Source of the DNA: Armatimonadia bacterium
GTDB lineage: Bacteria > Armatimonadota > Zipacnadia > Zipacnadales > UBA11051
Assembly: GCA_039683575.1 (NCBI GenBank)
Contig: JBDKRC010000207.1
Coordinates: forward strand, 1 to 39,441
Reading direction: 5' to 3'
DNA length: 39,441 nucleotides
Both the position numbers and the translations under genes were made by a program. Below the pieces are notes generated by a model. The model was given only the letters and a program-made list of their open reading frames with translations. It was not told the origin of the DNA and did no database searches. Positions 27,119-35,826 of the stretch are shown piece after piece; position 1 is the stretch's first letter, and the number at the start of each line of letters is the position of its first letter.

Positions 27119-27340
27119 CTAGTGATGACAACCGGCGCAACTGCTCTTGGCGCAGCCGCCGCAGCTATTGCCGCCGATGTTGCCGCCACCACTGGTGTGG
27201 CCGGCGAAGCTGGACATCAGACGCTTGCTGCGGGCGCAGCCGCACTCGGGGCAGTCGCCCGGCGTCTCGCGGTTGTCATACGATACGAGTCTCTCAAACT
27301 TGTGGCTGCAGCGCTTGCAGCGGTATTCGTACATAGGCAT
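27119..27340 (-). CDS. FmdB-family zinc-ribbon protein
   Basis: MPMYEYRCKRCSHKFE...CPECG, with a Cys-rich tail. Confidence 0.9.
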   Translation of the reverse strand: MPMYEYRCKRCSHKFERLVSYDNRETPGDCPECGCARSKRLMSSFAGHTSGGGNIGGNSCGGCAKSSCAGCHH

Positions 27341-27342
27341 GG

Positions 27343-28695
27343 TTATGAACCTGATGCTGGTGGATTGCTATCGCCTTTTGGCCGCGAGCGGAAACGCGGG
27401 CGGCGCTTGCGTGCCGGGCGCTCGCCTGCCGGGCGGTCGCCCGCGGCCTGGTCCCCCTGCTGGGGCTGGGGCTGCTCAGGCTTTGGCCTCGCGGAACGAG
27501 GCGTGGTCGGCACAGCAGGCGGCCGGAACGGCTGAATGGGCGGCCGGGGCGCATTCTCGTCGCGGCGCGCGGGTGTCGCAGCGGCGTCGCCCTGCGCGGC
27601 GGGCTTGCGGTCAGAGCGGCGGCGACGGCGGCGGCGCGACTTCTCTGCCGGGGCCTCGCCCTGCGGGGCTTCTGTCGGGCGCTCCTCCTGCCGGCCGGGT
27701 GCCGGGGCCTCCGGGCGGGCAGGCTCTTGTCGCCGGCGAGGCGCGGGCTCGGGGCGCTGGCGCTGCGGCCGCGTGCGCGGCTGCCGCTCACGCATAATCG
27801 GCCGCGTCATCTCCGGCTCCTCCTCCGGCAGCTCGTCTTCGTCGGCGACCTCAAGCTCCGGAATCTCCTCATCCATCCGGAAGACCTCGGAGGCTTTCAA
27901 AGTCTCGGTCTCATCGTTCGGGTAGCGTATGGTCAGCCGCTCGTGCATTAGGTTGACCTGGCGCACTTCGCCGGGCCCCTTCCGCGTCTGCACCAGTTGG
28001 CCAACCCGCGGCAGCTTCCGCGCCAGTTCCTGATAGCTCTCATGCTCATACCGCAGGCAGCACATCAAACGGTCGCAGATGCCGCTGATCTTGGCGGGAT
28101 TGAGCGACAGCCCCTGATCCTTGGCCACGCGGATCCCGACCGGGTCGAAGTTGCGCAGGAAAGCGTTGCAGCACAGCGGCCGGCCGCAGGGCCCGAGGCC
28201 TCCGACCATCTTGGCCTGGTCGCGCACGCCCACCTGGCGCAGCTCTATGCGCGTGTGGAACATCTCGGCCAGATCGCGCACCAGGTCCCGGAAGTCCACG
28301 CGGCCCTCGGCGCTGAAGAAAAACACCAGCCGCTGGCCGTCGAAGGTGTAGTCGGCCGCGATCAGGCGCATGGGGAGCTTGTGCTCGAGCACTTTCTGCT
28401 CGGCCAGCTTGCGCGCCTCGCGCTCCTTGATCTGCAGTTCCTTCTCGTGGGCCAGGTCCTCGGCGGTCGCCTTGCGGAGCAGTGGCTTGAGCTTGTTGCT
28501 CTGCTCGGCGTCCTCGGGCTCATATTTGATCAGCACTACCTCGCCGACGTCGATGCCCTTCTCGGTGTTGGCGAGCACCTGGTCGCCCTGCCGAACGCGC
28601 AGGCCGCCAGGGGCGAAGTAGTAGATTTTGCCACTGCGGCGGAAAGATACACCCACCGCGGCGGGTTCGCGATATGCAAAGAATTCGTCTATCAT
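27343..28695 (-). CDS. ricT: PSP1-domain protein RicT/YaaT with a long disordered C-tail
   Basis: RVDFRDLVRDL, RIELRQVGVRD, GPCGRPLCC and KISGICDRLMCCLRYE motifs. Located upstream of metG. Confidence 0.9.
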   Translation of the reverse strand: MIDEFFAYREPAAVGVSFRRSGKIYYFAPGGLRVRQGDQVLANTEKGIDVGEVVLIKYEPEDAEQSNKLKPLLRKATAEDLAHEKELQIKEREARKLAEQKVLEHKLPMRLIAADYTFDGQRLVFFFSAEGRVDFRDLVRDLAEMFHTRIELRQVGVRDQAKMVGGLGPCGRPLCCNAFLRNFDPVGIRVAKDQGLSLNPAKISGICDRLMCCLRYEHESYQELARKLPRVGQLVQTRKGPGEVRQVNLMHERLTIRYPNDETETLKASEVFRMDEEIPELEVADEDELPEEEPEMTRPIMRERQPRTRPQRQRPEPAPRRRQEPARPEAPAPGRQEERPTEAPQGEAPAEKSRRRRRRRSDRKPAAQGDAAATPARRDENAPRPPIQPFRPPAVPTTPRSARPKPEQPQPQQGDQAAGDRPAGERPARKRRPRFRSRPKGDSNPPASGS

Positions 28696-31600
28696 GTCTT
28701 CACTTTGGGAACAGGTTTCCGCGTCGCCGGCGGCGAGGCCGCGGGCGTACCCCCTGAGGTGCTCTGACGATCACGCAGCCGATCCAGCAATTCGGTGAGG
28801 CGTCGCAGCAACTCAACCTTCTCATTCCTATTATAACCGAAACTGAGCTGATGTGCAGTAACAAGGAAACGCGGCAAAGCCGAACGCACTCCGGCACGTG
28901 CCTGCTTCACCGTTGGATGGTACAAACCCGTGATCACCCGCTGCTCACGCGGCGATAGCTGCAGCTCTTCGGCCAGCGTCACATTCACGCGACTCTCGGC
29001 GATGCTGATGTCCACCACGCCGACATCCATGCACAGGAGCTTGAGCTGCACGATGCGGATCAGGTTCTTGACCGGGACGGGCAGCGGCCCGAAACGGTCC
29101 TTGATCTCCTTCACCAGAGCCAGCAGTTGATCCTTCTCTTCTACTGCCGCCAGCCGCCGGTAGAGCGAGATGCGCTGGTTCTCGTTGGGCACGTAATCGC
29201 CCGGAATGACCGCCTCCAGCGGCAGGTCAATCGTCGGGTGCCCCTCGCCCTTGTGGCGCTTGTCGCCCTTGAGGGCCTTGACGGCGTCGGCCAGCATCTG
29301 CGTGTACAGATCCAGCCCCACTGCCGACATGTGCCCGCTCTGCTCGCCGCCGAGGATATCTCCCGCGCCACGGATTTCCAGGTCGCGCAGGGCGATCTGG
29401 AAGCCGCTGCCGAGCTTGCTGAACTCCTCGATGGCCTTCAGCCGCTCCTCGGCGTCCTGCGTCATGCGCTGCGGGTAGCGGTACAGCAGATACGCGAAGG
29501 CCTGCCGGCTCGACCGCCCCACGCGTCCGCGAAGCTGGTAAAGCTGCGCCAGACCCAGCCGGTCCGCGTCATCCACCACAATCGTGTTCACATTCGGGAT
29601 GTCCAGGCCGCTCTCGATGATGGTCGTGCAGACCAGAACATCGAACTCCTCGGCGTAGAACGCCATCATCACGCGTTCGAGGTCCTGTTCCTCCATCTGC
29701 CCATGCGCCACGGCCACGCGCGCCTCCGGCACGAGCCGCTGCACCAGCGACGCCACATGCCCGATCGAATGCACCCGGTTGTGGACGAAGTACACCTGCC
29801 CACCCCGGGCCAATTCACGCCGCACGACCTCGGCAATCAGCGGCTCGTCGCGCTCGCGGACCTCGGTATGAATCGCCAATCGCCCCTGCGGCGGGTCGTT
29901 GATGACCGAGATCTCGCGGATGCCCGACAGCGCCATATTGAGTGTGCGCGGGATCGGCGTGGCGGTGAGCGTGATTACATCCACGCCCTCGCGGAACCGC
30001 TTGAGCTTCTCCTTCTGCCGCACACCGAACCGCTGCTCCTCGTCAATGATGAGCAGCCCGAGGTCCTGGAAGTTGACATCCTCGCCCAGCAGCCGGTGCG
30101 TCCCTACCACGATATCCACCGAGCCGGCCTTGAGGCAGTTGATGATCCGGCGCTGCTCGGCCGGCTGCTTGAAGCGGCTCAGCACCTGCACCTCCACCGG
30201 ATACCGCGCCAGGCGCTCCTTGAAGGTATTGTAATGCTGGTGGGCCAGAACCGTCGTCGGCACCAGAATCGCGACCTGCTTGCCGTCCAGCACTGCCTTG
30301 AAGGCCGCCCGGATCGCCACCTCAGTCTTGCCATAGCCAACATCGCCGCAGATCAGCCGATCCGCCGGCATCGGCTTCTCCATGTCCTTCTTAACATCCT
30401 GAATGGCGCGCAGTTGGTCCGGCGTCTCCTCATAGCGGAAGGAAGACTCCAACTCCATCAGCCACGGCGAGTCGGCCTTGAACTGGTGCCCCTTCGCGGT
30501 CGCCCGCGCCGAGTACAGCCGCATCAACTCCCGCGCCAATAGCTGCGCCGAGCGCCGGGCTTTCTTCTTGGTCAGGTCCCAGCGGCCCTTCTTGAGGCTC
30601 GTGATCGTGGGCTTGGAGTGCTCGCCGCCGATGTACTTCTGCACCCGGTCAAGCTGTGTCACCGGCACGTAGAGCTTGTCATTGTCGGCATATTCGAGCG
30701 TCATGTAGTCGCGCTCGATGCCGCCCACGGTCTGCCGGGTCAGGCCCCGGTAGATCCCCACGCCATGGTTGATGTGGACGATGTAGTCGCCCTCATTCAA
30801 ATCACGCAGGGAGAGCAGCTCAAAGCCGCGCGCGAACACGGTCTCATCGCTGCGGCGCATCTTGCGCCAGCCGAAGATCTCCCGCCCGGTCAGCAGCACG
30901 AACTTGGCGTCGGTCAGCCGGAAGCCACTGTCGAGATCAAGGTCGGCCACGATGATATGCCCCGCCCGTAGCTCCGGTAGCGGCCCGCTCGCCTCGACGT
31001 CCTTGAGACCACGCGACTGCAGCACCTGTACCGTGCCGTCAACGTCCCGCGAGCACACCAGCAGGTGGTAGCCCTCTTTCTGCCACTCCGCCAGACCCTC
31101 CGCGAGCAGTTCAAACCGCCCGCCGAAGCTGTCCACCGGCGGCGTCGAGAGATGCACCAGCGGCGCCTTGGTGTTCCATGGCACGTTGCGCTGCAGCATC
31201 GAAAGATAGATGATCGCCCGCCCCCGCGTCAGGTGCTGGGCCGCCAGTTTGTCAAAGTGCATCACGCCCGTCTCAGGCAGCCGCAGATGCTGTCCGAGCC
31301 GCACGCCGCGCCGGTACGCATCATGCACATCGCCCTCGAACTGCTCGGCCGCCGCCTGCACCCGCACCGGCTCATCAACAAAAAAGATCGCGTCAGAGGG
31401 GAAGTACGAGCAGATGCTCTCCGGCTCACCGTAGATATACGGCAGGTAGTGCATGAGGTGGGGCATAGGCCGGAGCTGTTCCAGCAGATCGAGGTCCTGG
31501 CTCAGGTGCTCGGTCAGCCGCGAGGCCTCGCGGTGCTTGCCCTCTTCGTTCAGGCGGTCAAGCTCCCGGCGATACGCGCCCTTGATGATCGGCAGCGCCC

Positions 31601-32354
31601 GGTTGACGGCCTGGTCGGTCAGGAGTATCTCGCCCGCCGGCCCCAGGCCGACTTGCTTCACGTCATACAGCGACCGCTGGCTCATCGGGTCGAAGGTGCG
31701 GATCGACTCAATCTCATCCCCGAACAGCTCAATTCGCAGCGGATGCGGGCTGGTCGGCGGCGACACGTCAATAATCCCGCCGCGCACCGAAAACTGCCCC
31801 ACATCGTCCACGAGGTCCACAGACTCATAGCCGAGGTTGTACAGCGCCCGGGCCAGTTCATCGCGGTCGACGATCTCGCCCACGGCAATCTCACGGCGGG
31901 CGGCGACGTAGTCGGAGGAGGGGACAGTGAGGGTCACAATCGCGCGCATGGCAGCGACCACGATGATCGGCTCGCCACAGCAAAGTCGTTCGAGCACGGT
32001 CAGGCGCTCGGCAATCGTCTGCCGCTCGGGGGTAACGCCATCATAGAGGGCTGAGGCAACGGAGGGGTATACCAGCACGCGCTTTTTGGTCTGCTCGTCC
32101 TGGCTGTCGAGGAAGGCGCGCAGGTCCCCGGCAAGCTGCGTCGCGCGCTCGTCATTGAAGGTCAGGATCAGTGCGCTTTTGCCCGGGTCGGCAAGCAAGG
32201 AGGCGCAAAAGAAGGACTTCCCGCCACCGCTAACGCCCTCAGCGCAGACCGGCTGCCCCTCATGGACGAACTGTGCGATTTCGCGGAAAGCATGGGTCCC
32301 CTCGATGAGACCCTTAAGCTGGCCAATTGCCGATGATGATTGCGTCACTGACAT
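28692..32354 (-). CDS. mfd: Transcription-repair coupling factor
   Basis: GQFSVRGGIID, VHINHGVG (CarD-like), CGDVGYGKTEV, IIDEEQRFG, TATPIPRT, QLRGRVGRS and the TRCF domain. Confidence 0.98.
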   Translation of the reverse strand: MSVTQSSSAIGQLKGLIEGTHAFREIAQFVHEGQPVCAEGVSGGGKSFFCASLLADPGKSALILTFNDERATQLAGDLRAFLDSQDEQTKKRVLVYPSVASALYDGVTPERQTIAERLTVLERLCCGEPIIVVAAMRAIVTLTVPSSDYVAARREIAVGEIVDRDELARALYNLGYESVDLVDDVGQFSVRGGIIDVSPPTSPHPLRIELFGDEIESIRTFDPMSQRSLYDVKQVGLGPAGEILLTDQAVNRALPIIKGAYRRELDRLNEEGKHREASRLTEHLSQDLDLLEQLRPMPHLMHYLPYIYGEPESICSYFPSDAIFFVDEPVRVQAAAEQFEGDVHDAYRRGVRLGQHLRLPETGVMHFDKLAAQHLTRGRAIIYLSMLQRNVPWNTKAPLVHLSTPPVDSFGGRFELLAEGLAEWQKEGYHLLVCSRDVDGTVQVLQSRGLKDVEASGPLPELRAGHIIVADLDLDSGFRLTDAKFVLLTGREIFGWRKMRRSDETVFARGFELLSLRDLNEGDYIVHINHGVGIYRGLTRQTVGGIERDYMTLEYADNDKLYVPVTQLDRVQKYIGGEHSKPTITSLKKGRWDLTKKKARRSAQLLARELMRLYSARATAKGHQFKADSPWLMELESSFRYEETPDQLRAIQDVKKDMEKPMPADRLICGDVGYGKTEVAIRAAFKAVLDGKQVAILVPTTVLAHQHYNTFKERLARYPVEVQVLSRFKQPAEQRRIINCLKAGSVDIVVGTHRLLGEDVNFQDLGLLIIDEEQRFGVRQKEKLKRFREGVDVITLTATPIPRTLNMALSGIREISVINDPPQGRLAIHTEVRERDEPLIAEVVRRELARGGQVYFVHNRVHSIGHVASLVQRLVPEARVAVAHGQMEEQDLERVMMAFYAEEFDVLVCTTIIESGLDIPNVNTIVVDDADRLGLAQLYQLRGRVGRSSRQAFAYLLYRYPQRMTQDAEERLKAIEEFSKLGSGFQIALRDLEIRGAGDILGGEQSGHMSAVGLDLYTQMLADAVKALKGDKRHKGEGHPTIDLPLEAVIPGDYVPNENQRISLYRRLAAVEEKDQLLALVKEIKDRFGPLPVPVKNLIRIVQLKLLCMDVGVVDISIAESRVNVTLAEELQLSPREQRVITGLYHPTVKQARAGVRSALPRFLVTAHQLSFGYNRNEKVELLRRLTELLDRLRDRQSTSGGTPAASPPATRKPVPKVKT

Positions 32355-32390
32355 ACGACTCAAGCCCGAGATTGCCTCGGGCGGTTATTC

Positions 32391-32532
32391 CGCGTAGGTC
32401 GGTGCGTCCCGCACCGACAACCAAACAGCGCTCACTGCCGTAAGAGCACCGTGCTGCCGTACCAGCGCCTCTGCTGCCGTACGAGCGGCTTCCAGCCGCG
32501 AGCTATCGCCACCAGAGCCCGGCTTCCAGCCG
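32391..32532. repeat. Cluster of REP-like units between the ROK kinase and mfd
   Basis: GTAGGTCGGTGCGTCCCGCACCGAC (32394-32418). CTGCCGTA x3. Full CGTACGAGCGGCTTCCAGCCGCGAG (32478-32502). Partial CGGCTTCCAGCCG (~32520). Confidence 0.75.
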
Positions 32533-32594
32533 GGCGGAAGGACGGTAGCCGACTCGCCTCATTGATTCCCCAGGGACGCCGCGGCCACTGAATC

Positions 32595-33557
32595 TCAAAC
32601 CGCTTCCCACACCAGCGCCGCCGCGCCACAGATGCCCGCGCGGTTGCCCAGCTCCGCTGGAACGATCCGTTCCGGGTCAAAGCGGCTGATGCGGCTGACG
32701 TGTCGCACTGTCCGGCGGATCGAGCCGAACAGCACCTCTCCCGCCCCCGAAATCCCGCCCCCCAGCACTACCCGGTCCGGGTCGCACAGCACGATAATGT
32801 CGCAGATCGCCAGGCCCAGGTAGTAGCCGACCTCGTCCATGACTTCCTGGCACAGCGCGTCGCCCTCACGCGCCAGATCGGCGATGAGGCGCGGAGTGAT
32901 CTCCTCGTGCTCGGCGCCGACCGTCTCAGCGAGACGGCTGACGCGGCCCCTCTGGAGCTTGCGCACGGCGCGGTCCACAATCGCCTGCCGCCCCGTGAGG
33001 GCCTCCAGGCAGCCGTGGTTGCCGCATCCGCAGATCGGCCCGCCCGGCTCGATGACCAGGTGCCCCACCTCGCCCAGAATCTGCCGCGGTCCCCGCAAAA
33101 CCTTATTCTCAATCGCAATTCCGCCGCCAACCCCTGTGCCCAGCGTCAACAGCGCCATGTACTGGCATCCGCGCCCCGCACCATGGCGGAGTTCCGCCAG
33201 CGTGGCGCAGAAGGCGTCGTTGCCGATGAACGCCGGCAGCCCGGTCTCGCCGGACAGAAGCTCAACCGCATTGGCCCCGTCGAGCATGTGCAGGTTCGGG
33301 CACTGCTTGATGATCCCGGTGACCGGGTCAACCGGCCCGGGGATGCCAATCCCCAGACCTCTCAGCGTGCCTCCGCCGCCCTGCTCCTGCGCCAGTTGCA
33401 CTGCAGTCTGCCCTATCTCCTCCAGCACCTCTTGCGGGTCGGCGGAGACGGGAGTGGGCTTGCTGACCTCGGCCAGCAGTTTGCCGGCCCGGTCCAGCAG
33501 CCCCACGCCGTAGGTGGTGCCGCCAAGGTCAATCCCTAACGCGATCTCGCTACTCAC
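32595..33557 (-). CDS. ROK family sugar kinase (glucokinase-like)
   Basis: GIDLGGT, GIPGPVD, GNDA, TLGTGVGGG and EVGH...CGCGNHGCLE motifs. Confidence 0.92.
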   Translation of the reverse strand: MSSEIALGIDLGGTTYGVGLLDRAGKLLAEVSKPTPVSADPQEVLEEIGQTAVQLAQEQGGGGTLRGLGIGIPGPVDPVTGIIKQCPNLHMLDGANAVELLSGETGLPAFIGNDAFCATLAELRHGAGRGCQYMALLTLGTGVGGGIAIENKVLRGPRQILGEVGHLVIEPGGPICGCGNHGCLEALTGRQAIVDRAVRKLQRGRVSRLAETVGAEHEEITPRLIADLAREGDALCQEVMDEVGYYLGLAICDIIVLCDPDRVVLGGGISGAGEVLFGSIRRTVRHVSRISRFDPERIVPAELGNRAGICGAAALVWEAV

Positions 33558-33572
33558 TGGCGCTCGCCTCCG

Positions 33573-34019
33573 CTACTGATCGCCAAAGGGATCTTCGTTG
33601 TCGCCGATGGGGCCGTAATCATCCGCGGGGGGCGGGGCAGCGGTCGCAGCGCCACGGGGCGCGGACTGGCCGCGCGAGGCCCGCCGCCGCTCCGCCTCGG
33701 CACGGCTCTCAAGGAACCGCACGTTGTTGGCGACGATCTCTACCATATAATTGCGCTTGCCGTCGTTGCCTTCCCAGGTCCGCGACTGAATCCGGCCTTC
33801 GACGCCGATCAGCGAGCCCTTGTCGCAGTACTGCGAGACAAGCTCAGCGGTCTTCTGGAAGCAGACGATGTTGAGCCAGTCGGTCTGGTCCTCGCCGGCC
33901 TCATTCTTCCGGCCCCGGTCCACGGCCAGCCGGAAGTGCGTGATCGGCATGCCGCTGGTGGAGTACTTCATCTCGGGGTCATTGGCCAGCCGCCCCACGA
34001 GCACCACGTTGTTAATCAT
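33573..34019 (-). CDS. ssb: Single-stranded DNA-binding protein
   Basis: INNVVLVGRLANDPE, KGSLIGVEGRIQSR and an acidic EDPF-containing tail. Confidence 0.97.
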   Translation of the reverse strand: MINNVVLVGRLANDPEMKYSTSGMPITHFRLAVDRGRKNEAGEDQTDWLNIVCFQKTAELVSQYCDKGSLIGVEGRIQSRTWEGNDGKRNYMVEIVANNVRFLESRAEAERRRASRGQSAPRGAATAAPPPADDYGPIGDNEDPFGDQ

Positions 34020-34052
34020 CGAATGTTCCTCCCGGGTGAACCGCCTTTATGA

Positions 34053-34083
34053 AGCAGCGGAGGGCAAAGAGCCCTCCGCTGCT
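34053..34083 (-). terminator. Strong hairpin between rpsF and ssb (weak terminator or mRNA stabiliser)
   Basis: Perfect 13-bp stem AGCAGCGGAGGGC / GCCCTCCGCTGCT. Short U tract on the minus strand. Confidence 0.55.
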
Positions 34084-34117
34084 GGTTCGCGACTAGTTCC
34101 CACAGACCTTCGTAAGT

Positions 34118-34732
34118 CTATGCTTCCTCTTCGGTCTCTGCGGGGGCTTCTGCTTCCTCGGCCGGGGCTTCCTCGACCGCGGTCTCCTCAGCGGGAGCTA
34201 CCTCGGCCGGCGCCTCCTCGGCAGGAGCGGCTTCTTCGGCAGCCGGCTCTTCAGCCGGAGCTTCCTCAGCGGCAGGCTCCTCAGGAGCGGCCTCCTCGGC
34301 GACCGGAGCCTCCTCGGCAGCGGCCTCCTCTGCGGGAGCCTCTTCAGCTGCCGGAGCCTCTTCAGCTGCCGGAGCCTCAGCCGGAGCTTCCTCTACTACC
34401 GGGGGAGCTTCCTTCTTGGGCTCGAAGATAGCCTTGGGGTTGGCGACAACAACAATACCGCGGACCAGGCCGTCGAGCAACAACATCTCATGGTTCAGCT
34501 CAGCAACCAGGTCGCCGAAGCTGCGGAAGTACGTGATCATGTACGTGCCGTTGGTGTGCTTGTCGATCTCAAACGCCAAGCGCCGCCGGCCGAACTCCCG
34601 CGTGGCGACTACCTCGCCACCGCTGCTGGTGATGTGTCCTTCGAGGGTGCCAATGATCCCCTGTGCGGCCTCTGCGTCGAGGGCCGAATCGAGGATGTAC
34701 ATCGCTTCGTAAAGAACGGGCTGTTTAGGCAA
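34118..34732 (-). CDS. rpsF: 30S ribosomal protein S6 with a long E/A/P-repeat tail
   Basis: YEAMYIL, GRRRLAFEIDK and GTY motifs. TTG start with AGGAGGTG SD. Upstream of ssb. Confidence 0.93.
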   Translation of the reverse strand: MPKQPVLYEAMYILDSALDAEAAQGIIGTLEGHITSSGGEVVATREFGRRRLAFEIDKHTNGTYMITYFRSFGDLVAELNHEMLLLDGLVRGIVVVANPKAIFEPKKEAPPVVEEAPAEAPAAEEAPAAEEAPAEEAAAEEAPVAEEAAPEEPAAEEAPAEEPAAEEAAPAEEAPAEVAPAEETAVEEAPAEEAEAPAETEEEA

Positions 34733-34737
34733 ACCCG

Positions 34738-34800
34738 TTCACCTCCTTCCTATGGGCGAAATGGCCCCTCGCCTCTGCGTGCGGGGGGCAGGAAGGAACG
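34738..34800 (-). promoter_or_regulatory. Putative bS6:bS18 ribosomal protein leader (autoregulatory RNA)
   Basis: Minus strand reads TTCCTTCCTGCCCCC...GGGGCCATTTCGCCCATAGGAAGGAGGTG. The anti-SD stem pairs with the SD, with an inner hairpin followed by a CCR triplet, as in the described S6:S18 leader. Confidence 0.6.
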
Positions 34801-34855
34801 CCAGACCTGAAGGTCATGACGCTCTCCAACTTGCGCCGTAATAGTCAACCGGAAA

Positions 34856-34885
34856 AGTATACGACAAGCGGGCCAGCAATTTCAA
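34856..34885 (-). promoter_or_regulatory. Sigma70-type promoter for rpsF-ssb
   Basis: TTGAAA, 18-nt spacer, TATACT. Confidence 0.55.
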
Positions 34886-34920
34886 TGGCTCTCGAAGCCT
34901 CAATGGCCGTGATACCAACC

Positions 34921-35688
34921 CTACTGCCGCGTCAGCCACACTGTGAACGTCCACGTCGGATGCCGCCGGTCTCGCAGGAACTCCAGCGGCGTCCCATCCT
35001 TGAGGTACGAGGTCCGCTGGATGAGCAGCAGCGGGCTGCCCACGCCGACTCCCAGTGACCGCGCATCCTCATCAGTCGCCGCCGTCGCGCTGATGCGCTG
35101 CTGGCTCGCCGCAATCTCCAGCCCGTACTGCTGTGCCATGATCTCGGTCAGCGACTCGTCCGGCTGCAGGCCCCGCTCGACCAGCCCCGGAATGCGTGCC
35201 TCGCTGATATACGAAGTCTGCACCGACAGCGGCTCATCATTGCCCAGCCGCAGGCGCTTGAGGCAGACGATCCGATCCGTCGGCCCAAGCTGCAACTCGT
35301 GCTGAACCTCAGATTCCTCGCGCGCCGGGAAAGTATACAGCGCCAGCAGGCGCGACTTCGGCGTGATGTTGCGTTCCTTCATCTCGCGGGTGAACCACGG
35401 GATGCGGGTGTACAGAATCCGCTCCTCGCGCAGCGGCGTCGTGTCGCGGATAAAGGTCCCGAGGCCCTGTCGCCGCGTGATGATGCCGCGTTCCTCGAGT
35501 TCGCTCAAAGCCTGTTTCACCGGCGCGAGGCTGACGCCAAAATGCTTCGTCAGCTCCTCCTGGGTAGGCAGCCGGTCCTCGGGCTTGAGCCGTCCCTCGC
35601 GGATAGCCTCCAGGATCACTTCAATGATCTGGCTATAGAGGGGAGTGCTGTTGTCGCGAGAGGGTTTCCGCAGGAAATTCAGGGGCAT
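34921..35688 (-). CDS. GntR-family transcriptional regulator (HutC/UTRA subfamily)
   Basis: PLYSQI...RLPTQEEL...GVS...QALSEL...RRQGLGTFI winged HTH and a UTRA domain (RLRLGNDEPL). Confidence 0.93.
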   Translation of the reverse strand: MPLNFLRKPSRDNSTPLYSQIIEVILEAIREGRLKPEDRLPTQEELTKHFGVSLAPVKQALSELEERGIITRRQGLGTFIRDTTPLREERILYTRIPWFTREMKERNITPKSRLLALYTFPAREESEVQHELQLGPTDRIVCLKRLRLGNDEPLSVQTSYISEARIPGLVERGLQPDESLTEIMAQQYGLEIAASQQRISATAATDEDARSLGVGVGSPLLLIQRTSYLKDGTPLEFLRDRRHPTWTFTVWLTRQ

Positions 35689-35706
35689 GGAGAGCAGGTC
35701 ATTCCT

Positions 35707-35752
35707 TATATTCAATATACTGAATATAGAATGACAGGGTGGAGGAAGTCAA
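35707..35752 (-). promoter_or_regulatory. Promoter with an overlapping palindromic operator upstream of gntR
   Basis: TTGACT-N18-TATATT. Perfect inverted repeat TATATTCA-N6-TGAATATA at 35707-35728. Confidence 0.6.
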
Positions 35753-35826
35753 GGGATGGGAACACCAGGGGAGAGCACAACGCCAACGCTTTCGTGATTC
35801 CGGCCACCACCGACCGCCCACTGCCG

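Noticed and set aside
28740-28930. Lower-GC 3' end of mfd as a foreign insertion
   Set aside because: The frame is intact, the TRCF C-terminus is naturally variable, and no boundaries were found.
32435-32502. Possible mini-CRISPR
   Set aside because: The repeat is only 8-13 nt with a ~20-nt period, and there are no cas genes.
419-33539. Many long overlapping ORFs (e.g. 778-2196, 5614-7650, 15219-16478, 26060-27535, 29127-30542)
   Set aside because: Antisense or alternate-frame artefacts of high GC over recognisable genes, with no motifs of their own.
35700-35730. AT-rich palindrome as a dif site
   Set aside because: It lacks the XerD arm (TTATGTTAAA-like) and sits on a promoter, so an operator is more likely.
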